Of a stretch of DNA of 64,000 nucleotides, positions 10,112 to 18,334 are shown piece after piece. The notes under the pieces were generated by a model. That model was not told where the DNA came from. It did no database searches and saw nothing but the letters and a program-made list of their open reading frames with translations. Each line of letters begins with the position of its first letter. Position 1 is the first letter of the stretch. The stretch covers positions 32,001 through 96,000 of the IMG/VR virus record IMGVR_UViG_3300027976_000007. The stretch is one strand, 5' to 3'. The DNA comes from a virus. A program made the position numbers and the translations under genes.

Positions 10112-10876
10112 TTATCTTGAGGGAGATATTTTCAACATATCAAAAACTTCTTGTTTAGCTGTTTTATTATGGTCTAAAAACACACCACTCCCACAACTGG
10201 TTATCATAGAACTATTAATATCACGAACTCCCCTACATTTCACACAATTATGAGAATTTTCCATTATTACTAAGGTACCCAAATTATTCTCACAAATTTT
10301 ATCTATTGCTTTTTGTATCGCTAGTGTTAAGTCTTCTTGAATACATCCACGAGAGGCAAAATAACTACAAATTCTATTAAGTTTACTTAAACCAATCACC
10401 CTATTATCTTCCCCCCCGGGGATATAAGCGATATGACAATACCCAATTACACTTTCATGATGATGAGAACATTTACTATAAATACCAATATTTTTTTCTA
10501 AAATTATACCTGTATAATTACTAGGGAAACTTGAGATATCACTTAAAAGGTTATATCTTCCCTTAAAAGCATCTTCAACATAAGCTTTGCTTACACGATG
10601 TGGGGTGTTATCAGAATTGGGGTCATTTTCCCAATCTACCCCAAGTGCTGTTAAGAACTTACCATAATGTTTGGCAGCCTCATTTATTATTTCCTCCTTC
10701 TCTTTTTGATTTAAAGAACGACATTCTCCACTCTCAAGCAAATTATGGAGTTGTGTAGAAATACCATTAGCATATCCGGCTTTGGCAATTTCTAACTCTT
10801 GACTGGAGATAGTTTTTTTGGTACTTCCTTCTACACCATTTGCCTTTTTAAGTAATTCAATTTCGTTTTTAATCAT
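10112..10876 (-). CDS. folE: GTP cyclohydrolase I
   Basis: TPHRV, CSHHH, IGLSKLNR, IQEDLT, HNCVKCRGV. Confidence 0.95.
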   Translation of the reverse strand: MIKNEIELLKKANGVEGSTKKTISSQELEIAKAGYANGISTQLHNLLESGECRSLNQKEKEEIINEAAKHYGKFLTALGVDWENDPNSDNTPHRVSKAYVEDAFKGRYNLLSDISSFPSNYTGIILEKNIGIYSKCSHHHESVIGYCHIAYIPGGEDNRVIGLSKLNRICSYFASRGCIQEDLTLAIQKAIDKICENNLGTLVIMENSHNCVKCRGVRDINSSMITSCGSGVFLDHNKTAKQEVFDMLKISPSR

Positions 10877-10910
10877 AATTTTATTCTCCTTTTATGTTTA
10901 TTTATTTGTA

Positions 10911-10942
10911 TTAATATATGAATTTTATTTACAAAGGCCAAA
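10911..10942 (-). promoter_or_regulatory. promoter TTTG-N20-TATATTAA
   Basis: Minus strand TTTG GCCTTTGTAAATAAAATTCA TATATTAA upstream of folE. Confidence 0.65.
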
Positions 10943-10981
10943 GTAATGGTGAATTTATATTATGTTTAATTTATTGGGATA

Positions 10982-11527
10982 TTACATCACCGCATATCTT
11001 AATAATCCTCCTCTGAATCCTGTCTGTAGGTATTCCTCAGGATTACTTAGTACCTTTTCTAACATATCACGAATCATTTGTTTTTCCTGTTCATAGGTAA
11101 GTGGGGGTGTATCTATGTATTGTGTGATAGAGGGTGACCATGTTAGAGTAATACTCTTCGAAGGTTCATATGTTTTTGGGTTATAAGTAATAGGTGAAAT
11201 TACACACCCATCTTTAACTGGAGTGTGGATATCTAATGGTGAATACATTTTTGGGGTAAACGATATGGTGTAAACATATCCTACTTTATTTTTGTAGGTT
11301 GGGTTTTCTGAATCTGATAGAATTGTTTCGTCAGCAACCAATAAGGTAATACCATCCTCCAATAATACCGAAGGGGCAGACATCCAAATGATTTTTTCAA
11401 ACTCAAAATGATTAATGAGTTCGGTTTCTGCTAGAATACGTTGTTCTTCCGTTAAGTTGTGAATACCCATTACCTCATAAGGTTCATTAAGTATGGATAA
11501 TAATTTTTGAGTTATACTTACTTTCAT
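10982..11527 (-). CDS. hypothetical protein, paralog of 16236..16781
   Basis: 181 aa; shares FTPKMY, PVKDGC, SITLTWSP, QMIRDMLEKVL.NPEEY with 16236..16781. Confidence 0.8.
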   Translation of the reverse strand: MKVSITQKLLSILNEPYEVMGIHNLTEEQRILAETELINHFEFEKIIWMSAPSVLLEDGITLLVADETILSDSENPTYKNKVGYVYTISFTPKMYSPLDIHTPVKDGCVISPITYNPKTYEPSKSITLTWSPSITQYIDTPPLTYEQEKQMIRDMLEKVLSNPEEYLQTGFRGGLLRYAVM

Positions 11528-11779
11528 TTTTCTTTTATTTATTTATGTATTTTTCTATTTTATCCAACAATTCTAGTACTTCATCAGGTTCCATTGTTAT
11601 AGCACAACAAAGGTTTATATTTTCTTTTATTTTATCTAAGATATGAAGTATTTCTTGTTTATCCAAAATATTTTTTATTTTTAACCCATCCCTGATTATG
11701 CCCTTCAATTCTTCATATTTAATTTGGAAGTTCTACAACTAAAAGAGGTTTTGTCATTTTATTTTATATTAATTCATCA

Positions 11780-12739
11780 TCAAACCTCTCTCATCTCATC
11801 GAATGCAATTATATGTGGGCGAGGTGAGAATTTATATCCTCTATCCTTACACATATTCATTACAGGACCATAACTTTCAATTAATTGTTCTCTAGTAGCT
11901 CCGGCGGGCATCATCCATGTCTTAGACTTAACCATATTATGAATTCCTTCAAGATCAAACCTAACATAAGAATTAATATATTTGGGGGATGATAAGAGGC
12001 CGGTAGATAACCTTTCTAAAAAATCTTCAACTTCTCCCATTATCGTGAGGTCCTTATCAATTACGGGCTTTATATGGTAATCGTGATGGTAGTTGATAGA
12101 ATCGATTATATTCGCGTAATTTAGACGGAACTTATTATGTTGTTTAACCATCCTTTCATCTACTATAGCCCCCAATGGAGTTTTTTCTCCTTTTATAGGT
12201 ATAGAATTAGAAAATTTAGGACTAATAGATAATAAGTTTATAGGGTGATCTGTTTCTAGGAAATGAGACCCTTCAGTTTCCATAGTTATAAATATTTTGT
12301 TTTGGTAAGCAAAATGAGTAAGTTCATTTACTAAGGAAGGATGCATTGAAGGTGAACCTCCAGTTAACATCATCTCTTTTATATGAGGGTTAGATTTATA
12401 CATATCAATTATTGATTGAAAATTATGCGTACCCTTTTCTGGGTGGATAGAGGTATACCAGCTATCGCACCATCCACCTTCCCCAAAAAAACATCTGTGG
12501 GTGCATCCAGTGGTTCTGATTACTATGGTAGGATAACCTGCTCTAGACCCTTCTGACTGGATTGCTGTGTAAACTTCTAAGATAGGTAAAACCTTATCAT
12601 AATCTTCTATACGGTCTAATTTTTTATGTTCCATAATTTTTCTGATATTTTCTTCTGGGATTTCAATTTTCTTCATATATCCCTGAATTTTTGCTGTTTT
12701 CGAATACTTCCACTTTAATAGCTTTACATCTATTAGCAT
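11780..12739 (-). CDS. queE: 7-carboxy-7-deazaguanine synthase (radical SAM); real start probably near 12676
   Basis: IQSEG, RTTGCTHRC...WCDS, LTGGSP, ETEG, ISPK motifs; next to queD. Confidence 0.9.
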   Translation of the reverse strand: MLIDVKLLKWKYSKTAKIQGYMKKIEIPEENIRKIMEHKKLDRIEDYDKVLPILEVYTAIQSEGSRAGYPTIVIRTTGCTHRCFFGEGGWCDSWYTSIHPEKGTHNFQSIIDMYKSNPHIKEMMLTGGSPSMHPSLVNELTHFAYQNKIFITMETEGSHFLETDHPINLLSISPKFSNSIPIKGEKTPLGAIVDERMVKQHNKFRLNYANIIDSINYHHDYHIKPVIDKDLTIMGEVEDFLERLSTGLLSSPKYINSYVRFDLEGIHNMVKSKTWMMPAGATREQLIESYGPVMNMCKDRGYKFSPRPHIIAFDEMREV

Positions 12740-13142
12740 CTATTTTTGAAAAAACATCATTGAATTTTTCTAATATAAATTTAGCTAAATATTCGGCACC
12801 CATCTTTTCCATAAAATGCACTTTACATATTCCTTCCATAGCCATAGTTTCGAATAAATCCCTATAAGGATCATCTTTTTCAACTAGTAAAGTATGGTCC
12901 AATAAACCATCTAACCAATTTTTTAAACCATTACCTTCAGGTTGAGCCTTAAATGAACCAAAATCAACTATCCAATTCATAGAGTCAAGCTGTTTATCTA
13001 TTTCAGGTTCATTAGAAGCAAACCAAACCTTCACCTCAAAGGAGTACCCATGAAGCAATTGACAATGTGAATGTTTGGCCTTCCATTGTCTTATAGCTAT
13101 TGAAAAATTATCGAATTTCTTAGTTGAAATATATCTTGGCAT
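12663..13142 (-). CDS. queD: 6-carboxy-5,6,7,8-tetrahydropterin synthase
   Basis: HCQLLHGY, VDFG, LDHTLL, AEYLA, EVFEN motifs. Confidence 0.88.
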   Translation of the reverse strand: MPRYISTKKFDNFSIAIRQWKAKHSHCQLLHGYSFEVKVWFASNEPEIDKQLDSMNWIVDFGSFKAQPEGNGLKNWLDGLLDHTLLVEKDDPYRDLFETMAMEGICKVHFMEKMGAEYLAKFILEKFNDVFSKIDANRCKAIKVEVFENSKNSGIYEEN

Positions 13143-13160
13143 TTGTTTTGTTTTTAAATA

Positions 13161-13346
13161 TTAATATGTTATAGTGAAAGGATTATAAGGATTAGTAGGA
13201 GGATTATAAGGGATATTATAAGGATAAAAGAGATTTATCCTACTAGATTCGATTTCAGCTTTCAACAATATAACAGCCTCTTGAGGTGTTATAGAGTTTT
13301 GTTTAAGTAGTTTTTCTACTATGGAAGTTATTGTATCATTATTCAT
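13161..13346 (-). CDS. small hypothetical protein
   Basis: 61-aa ORF overlapping the upstream stop. Confidence 0.6.
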   Translation of the reverse strand: MNNDTITSIVEKLLKQNSITPQEAVILLKAEIESSRINLFYPYNIPYNPPTNPYNPFTITY

Positions 13347-14196
13347 TGTTGTAAAAATTTAATACATTGTTTTTGATAACATTACTTATATAAAATCCTT
13401 TATCTACTAACTTTGTTGATCTAGCTTTATTAGCACTAGGTAACGCCTTTAATTGTAATAATGTTAAATGGGATTCATCAATAAATAAATTTGGTTTGGA
13501 TTTTTTGAAATAATCTGTTAAATAAAAATCTCCTAATTTTTCCCCTAAAAGTGCAATCACATCAGTATTGTAATATTCACTATCTGAAGGTAACAACATA
13601 TTAATGGTATGATCTATATGATTTTCTAATCGTTCAGCTTCTTCCAATCTACCTTCCCTATTAAAATCTCTAACTTGTTTAACCATCTCTTCATTCAATC
13701 TCCTGATGATGAAACTTTTATGTTCAGTAATTAACTCTGGCAATTGTTTTTCAAAAGTTGGAAATAAAATAGTACTGGAGCATATTAAAATAGCTTTATC
13801 GGAATAATCTAAGAAATCTTTAACTGCGTAACGTAAATCCTTATTTTCTTGATTAACAACTACTGTACCTCCTACTTTCTTATTAAGAATGTTGTGAAAA
13901 TATGGTGGTATATAAATATCATAGTTAGATACATAATATCCAACAAAGTTATCGGGGAACATTGCTACTAATTCATTATATAGCTGATATGCTAATACCT
14001 TATTAGGTGCTAAAACACTCGCGGGTTTATTTTCTCTATCGATAACATTCCCTAATACAAATGTTTTTCCTGAACCTGTTATTCCTTTTAAAGTTTGTTG
14101 TTTGTACTTACCAATTCCATCTAATAAACCATCAATTGAATTATATTGATCTTTAGTAGGAGTGAAATCGGATTTTAAATTAAATCCATTTTGCAT
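13339..14196 (-). CDS. uvrB: UvrB-like helicase, N-terminal half (last 4 residues YNNE probably from thioredoxin)
   Basis: PTKDQ, LKGITGSGKTF, APNKVLAYQLYNEL, YYVSNYD, FIDESHLTLLQL, LVDKGF match UvrB motifs I-II. Confidence 0.85.
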   Translation of the reverse strand: MQNGFNLKSDFTPTKDQYNSIDGLLDGIGKYKQQTLKGITGSGKTFVLGNVIDRENKPASVLAPNKVLAYQLYNELVAMFPDNFVGYYVSNYDIYIPPYFHNILNKKVGGTVVVNQENKDLRYAVKDFLDYSDKAILICSSTILFPTFEKQLPELITEHKSFIIRRLNEEMVKQVRDFNREGRLEEAERLENHIDHTINMLLPSDSEYYNTDVIALLGEKLGDFYLTDYFKKSKPNLFIDESHLTLLQLKALPSANKARSTKLVDKGFYISNVIKNNVLNFYNNE

Positions 14197-14237
14197 AACT
14201 CTTATTTTTAAATTAACGTGGCTTCCTTACCAACACG

Positions 14238-14269
14238 TAAAGATACGAAAGATAGCTCGGGTATCCAAA
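14238..14269 (-). promoter_or_regulatory. promoter TTTG-N20-TATCTTTA (cassette subtype, spacer ends TTCG)
   Basis: TTTG GATACCCGAGCTATCTTTCG TATCTTTA upstream of uvrB-N. Confidence 0.7.
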
Positions 14270-14419
14270 TTTTTATACCATTATAGTTTAAGTAGGCAAC
14301 TCTATTTACCTTTATTTAATTTATATAGTTCATTGTATATACCTGCAAGCAGGATATAAAGGGGTAAAAATATAACCCATAGGTCTAGTGGAGTCATAAT
14401 ATTAATTTATTTAGTTTAA

Positions 14420-14974
14420 TTATTTTAACGAGCTTCTGTATCTGTAATGTAAACACTGAATATCACCCCCGCATAAGGTTCCGTAGGTAACAAATTGTTT
14501 ACCATCAACTATAGCATTTACTTCAGCACCATCATTCCCCTTTCTAATTACGATATCACTTGCAATCATGTCATTGGTTAAGTGTTTTGCTAAAGCACGT
14601 TGTAACTTAAACATATTTACTGATATAAAGGTCTCCATATATTTTTCCTCCCAATTAGGACGTAACTGGTTCTCTAAGGTAGATATGTAATATGTTAAAT
14701 TGCCATTGTTTCTAATTGCCTTATATGCATCCTTTTCGATATATTGTTCAGGTAAGTCATAACTGGTACCACTCCAAGTCCTATGTTCGGTCATATAAAC
14801 AAACCTCTTTATACCTGTATACTGACATGCAACGCCATATCTTATTACTTCCCCATTCTCCTTAACCCATTCCTGGTGCTTAGTAAAATCAGCTTTCATG
14901 TCATTGACCTGCTTGGTAGCTAAATCTGTAACAATAACTTTAGCCTCTTCTGAAATTTTATCTAATGCGTTCAT
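14420..14974 (-). CDS. hypothetical protein
   Basis: 184-aa ORF with C-terminal GGDIQCLHYRY; AAAATAAAGGTT-ATG leader. Confidence 0.75.
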   Translation of the reverse strand: MNALDKISEEAKVIVTDLATKQVNDMKADFTKHQEWVKENGEVIRYGVACQYTGIKRFVYMTEHRTWSGTSYDLPEQYIEKDAYKAIRNNGNLTYYISTLENQLRPNWEEKYMETFISVNMFKLQRALAKHLTNDMIASDIVIRKGNDGAEVNAIVDGKQFVTYGTLCGGDIQCLHYRYRSSLK

Positions 14975-14979
14975 AACCT

Positions 14980-15198
14980 TTATTTTACAACACCAATTAC
15001 TCTATATTTCTCACTGTATCTTGTTTTGGTACAATCCCATACCATAACCTTACATTCAACTTTTTTCCCAAAATATTCTCTAACATCGGTAAATTTATCT
15101 TCATTAATTAGTATCGAATCACCTATTTCTACATCTAGGAAATAGAATATACACTCCATAAACTCCTCCATTATTACTCTTCCAAATATAGTCTCCAT
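14980..15198 (-). CDS. hypothetical protein
   Basis: 72 aa, directly downstream of the promoter at 15247. Confidence 0.7.
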   Translation of the reverse strand: METIFGRVIMEEFMECIFYFLDVEIGDSILINEDKFTDVREYFGKKVECKVMVWDCTKTRYSEKYRVIGVVK

Positions 15199-15246
15199 AA
15201 CCTTTATTTTTAATTATAATATGGGCTTCTTGCCCTTATTTATGCG

Positions 15247-15278
15247 TAAATATACGAAAGCTTTTTCGGGTATCCAAG
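15247..15278 (-). promoter_or_regulatory. promoter CTTG-N20-TATATTTA (cassette subtype)
   Basis: CTTG GATACCCGAAAAAGCTTTCG TATATTTA. Confidence 0.7.
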
Positions 15279-15301
15279 CTTCCTGTGCATTACTGTTAAT
15301 C

Positions 15302-15844
15302 TCATTCAGATAAAAATTCACCAAATAATTGCATATATCTCCCTTCCTCTATCTCATTTTCAAAATATTTATTTGATGGTGTTTTAATAGAAAAATCATC
15401 TCCATCAATAGAGAATACTGCTTTTTTATAACCTTTTACATATAAATCGTATCTACCATCTCCTTTATCTATAAATTTATTATATTTAGGGTTTGATTTA
15501 TGGATTCCTTGTGCTTTTACATTTTTATAACCAAAAATCTTATCCATCAACATTTTCCAAGCATCACCATGTGGTTTGGGATCACATCCAGCCGTTTCCG
15601 GTCCTAATTTAAAATAATGATGGTCATAAGCGTGACAAAGCTCATGTGCAATGGTATCTTTTTCCAATTCTGTATCCAATATAAAGGATGATAAACTGAT
15701 TAAATAATGATTTGGTCCTATATACTTACAATGTCCAAATTTAGATTTTGCCTTTGTAGATACTTCATATTTAATCTTAAGCTTCTCAACACCTAAATCA
15801 TTTGATATTTTAGTGTTTAAATTTTCTAATAATTTATTCTCCAT
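15302..15844 (-). CDS. SprT-like zinc metalloprotease
   Basis: HELCH (HExxH) plus PHGDAWK motif. Confidence 0.8.
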   Translation of the reverse strand: MENKLLENLNTKISNDLGVEKLKIKYEVSTKAKSKFGHCKYIGPNHYLISLSSFILDTELEKDTIAHELCHAYDHHYFKLGPETAGCDPKPHGDAWKMLMDKIFGYKNVKAQGIHKSNPKYNKFIDKGDGRYDLYVKGYKKAVFSIDGDDFSIKTPSNKYFENEIEEGRYMQLFGEFLSE

Positions 15845-15903
15845 CTTGATTTATATAAACTATGTTAATAAGTGTGCTACTTCCCAGACTTTTTTCAATT
15901 TTC

Positions 15904-16179
15904 TTATTTTGAAATTTCATCTACATCTACATTAATGTGTATTCCTAACTCCTTTAATTGTTCCGGTGATAATGGTTTTACGAGTGAGGGTTGATGTTGT
16001 TTAGGATATTCTCTTTTTAGTGGATCTTTCTTAAAGAAAAATCCTGTTATATCCGCATATCGAAGAAGTTCTTTATCTCCCTCTATAATGGTATTTCCTG
16101 ATTTTGCTTTAAGCATTACAATCTTAAATCCTAATTTATTTGTAAGCCATTTGATAAATAGTAAAGATAATCTTTCCAT
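15904..16179 (-). CDS. hypothetical protein
   Basis: 91 aa, AAAAATAAAAGTT-ATG leader. Confidence 0.7.
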   Translation of the reverse strand: MERLSLLFIKWLTNKLGFKIVMLKAKSGNTIIEGDKELLRYADITGFFFKKDPLKREYPKQHQPSLVKPLSPEQLKELGIHINVDVDEISK

Positions 16180-16235
16180 AACTTTTATTTTTAAAATTTA
16201 TAATTTTTATATGTTAGTTTATTAATCTTATATCA

Positions 16236-16781
16236 TTATACAGCTGCAAATCTTACTATGCATCCTGTATGTTCAACTGGTCTATACTCTTCAGGATTAT
16301 CCAATACTTTTTCTAACATATCACGAATCATTTGTTTATCATCTTCATATGTTCTTTGTGGAGCCTCAATATCTTGAGGAAAGTCAGGTGACCAAGTTAG
16401 AGTAATACTTTGTTTAGGTTTATATGTTTCTGGATTGTAAGTGGTGGGGGCAAATACACATCCATCTTTTACTGGGGTATATATTGTATCCGACTCATAC
16501 ATTTTTGGAGTAAACATTAAAGTATAGATGTATCCTACTTTATGTTTATAAGTTGGGTTATCTGTATCTGATATTTTTATTGATTTTATAACAATTGGGG
16601 TTGATTTATCTTCTGTTAGTCCACCCTGAGATTTCATCCAAACAATTTTATCGAATTCAAAGTGTTTAATAAGTTCTGCCTCTACTTGTATGAGTTGTTC
16701 TTCGGTTAAGTTGTTAATACTCAAGGCGTCCATAGAGTAACCGCAAATATCTACTAGTTTTTCTGTTAAATTTGATTTCAT
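16236..16781 (-). CDS. hypothetical protein, paralog of 10982..11527
   Basis: 181 aa, collinear with 10982..11527. Confidence 0.8.
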   Translation of the reverse strand: MKSNLTEKLVDICGYSMDALSINNLTEEQLIQVEAELIKHFEFDKIVWMKSQGGLTEDKSTPIVIKSIKISDTDNPTYKHKVGYIYTLMFTPKMYESDTIYTPVKDGCVFAPTTYNPETYKPKQSITLTWSPDFPQDIEAPQRTYEDDKQMIRDMLEKVLDNPEEYRPVEHTGCIVRFAAV

Positions 16782-16854
16782 GATTTCATGATTTCATGAT
16801 TTTATTATTTTTATTATTTTTATTATTTTTATTATTTTTATTATTTTTATTATT
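16773..16854. repeat. tandem repeats (TGATTTCA)x3 and (TTTATTATT)x6 at the start and in the leader of 16236..16781
   Basis: Read directly: 16773-16796 and 16801-16854. Confidence 0.95.
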
Positions 16855-16867
16855 TTAAAATATACTA

Positions 16868-16899
16868 TAAATGTACGAAAGATAATCCGAGTAACCAAA
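16868..16899 (-). promoter_or_regulatory. promoter TTTG-N20-TACATTTA (cassette subtype)
   Basis: TTTG GTTACTCGGATTATCTTTCG TACATTTA. Confidence 0.7.
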
Positions 16900-16906
16900 C
16901 CTCCCT

Positions 16907-16996
16907 TGTAGATACCTCGTATTTAATCTTAAGTTTCTCAACACCTAAATCATCTGAGATTTTAGTGTTTAATTTTTCCAGTAATATATTTTTCAT
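16907..16996 (-). pseudogene. truncated second copy of the SprT-like gene 5' end (30 codons)
   Basis: MKNILLEKLNTKISDDLGVEKLKIKYEVST versus MENKLLENLNTKISNDLGVEKLKIKYEVST. Confidence 0.85.
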
Positions 16997-17010
16997 TTTC
17001 TTTTATTTAC

Positions 17011-17235
17011 TTAATCCCTAATAATAAATTCATCACCTACAATACAATCTCCATTATCAATAAAATGTAAAATTTTATTTTTCAAACCATCACTTTTATT
17101 ATCACATTCTATAATCTCTTTAGTTAATAAATTCTGAACAACACAACTTTCAACATAACTAGAATGTGTACAATTAAAATGTCCCTTTACTTCTTCTATT
17201 ACATTTTTTACTTCTAATACTTTAAATCTTTCCAT
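17011..17235 (-). CDS. hypothetical protein
   Basis: 74 aa, downstream of the promoter at 17285. Confidence 0.7.
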   Translation of the reverse strand: MERFKVLEVKNVIEEVKGHFNCTHSSYVESCVVQNLLTKEIIECDNKSDGLKNKILHFIDNGDCIVGDEFIIRD

Positions 17236-17284
17236 AACTTTTATTTTTTAATTATCAATTGGGCTTCTAACCCCTCTTACCCTA

Positions 17285-17316
17285 TGAAGATACGAACCCT
17301 ATTTGAGGTAGTCAAG
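17285..17316 (-). promoter_or_regulatory. promoter CTTG-N20-TATCTTCA (cassette subtype)
   Basis: CTTG ACTACCTCAAATAGGGTTCG TATCTTCA; flanks resemble those of the 15247 copy. Confidence 0.6.
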
Positions 17317-17395
17317 CTTCCGGTGTATTACTGTTAGATTTTATCAAACAAAAATTCACTAAATAGTTACCCACTTCAATAAAAAATACTAATTT

Positions 17396-18037
17396 TTAAA
17401 TACTACCTATTAAACTTAATTGTTTTTCCCTCCTATATTCAATCTCTTCAATTGCTCCCTCTAATGAAGATGATATATGATTACAACACATAAAAACTTC
17501 TCCATTTGTATTTCTAGCAGCTCTACCTGATACTTGAATTAAACATGATTTAGTACGTAGAAAATTATTTCTACTAGCTTGCTCAACAATAACTAAGGAA
17601 CATTGTTTTACATCAATCCCCTCACGTAACATATTAATACCAATAATAACATTAATTTTACCACTACGTAAATCTCTTAAAATCTCTTTACGTTTATTTT
17701 GTTTTATTTTGAAATGTATAACTTCACTATCAATATTATTGTATGAGAGTAAAATATGAATATCATTAACTGATCTTCTAGATATACAGTTTATAAAAAC
17801 AGTTTCACCTTTTTTTACTATATTTTTAATATCATTAATCATAACATTACTTCCAAAATAATCCCCCTCCTTAAGAGTTAATTTAGGATCTACTATATTA
17901 TTAGGACGGGTTAATAATTCCGAAATATATTCACTATTTTCTAATTCAAATTTTGATGGAGTAGCGGACATATAAGTTATTGTGTTTACTCTATCTTTTA
18001 AATCATCAAAATTTAATATTTGTTCTTTATTTAACAT
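17396..18037 (-). CDS. uvrB: UvrB-like helicase, C-terminal half (in frame with upstream thioredoxin)
   Basis: YMSATP, LTRP..IVDP, GINMLREGID, FLRT..LIQVSGRAARN..G, YRREKQ are UvrB motifs III-VI. Confidence 0.88.
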   Translation of the reverse strand: MLNKEQILNFDDLKDRVNTITYMSATPSKFELENSEYISELLTRPNNIVDPKLTLKEGDYFGSNVMINDIKNIVKKGETVFINCISRRSVNDIHILLSYNNIDSEVIHFKIKQNKRKEILRDLRSGKINVIIGINMLREGIDVKQCSLVIVEQASRNNFLRTKSCLIQVSGRAARNTNGEVFMCCNHISSSLEGAIEEIEYRREKQLSLIGSI

Positions 18038-18240
18038 TCCTATAGTTCTTTGAATTTCTACTCCATCTTTTAATAGGATTAAACATGGAATATTTTTAAC
18101 GTGATATTTTACACGTAATTGACTTTCTAGATCTACATCTACTCTTGTAAATGATATTTGATTGGAAAGAGAATCCCTGATGGGGCTTAAGGTTTTGCAT
18201 GGTAAACACCAATCTGACGTAAAGTATAATATTTTTTCAT
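18008..18240 (-). pseudogene. thioredoxin (WCLPC): one A short after the start codon, 3' end displaced by the cassette
   Basis: Adding one A to the run at 18232-18237 gives MKKILYFTSDWCLPCKTLSP...KNIPCLILLKDGVEIQRTIGMLNKEQILNF. Confidence 0.82.
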
Positions 18241-18246
18241 TATATT

Positions 18247-18278
18247 TTAATATAATTAATATAAGGTATTAAGCCAAT
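18247..18278 (-). promoter_or_regulatory. promoter ATTG-N20-TATATTAA
   Basis: Upstream of the thioredoxin ATG. Confidence 0.55.
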
Positions 18279-18334
18279 TTATCTTTTAAAAGCTCGTGAA
18301 GATATTTCTTTTTCTTTATCGTTTTCCATAATTT

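Larger units (their letters stand above)
13354..18018. mobile_element. integrated circle-like cassette (4,654 bp per repeat period) bounded by direct repeat AAAATTTAATA
   Basis: Identical 11-mer at 13354-13364 and 18008-18018; crossover rejoins uvrB (..NNVLNF|DDLKD..) and trx (..EQILNF|YNNE*) in frame; no recognisable integrase or rep gene. Confidence 0.75.

Noticed and set aside
13354-18018. Autonomous prophage, plasmid or transposon
   Set aside because: No integrase, transposase, rep gene or terminal inverted repeats recognised; treated as a non-autonomous recombination product.
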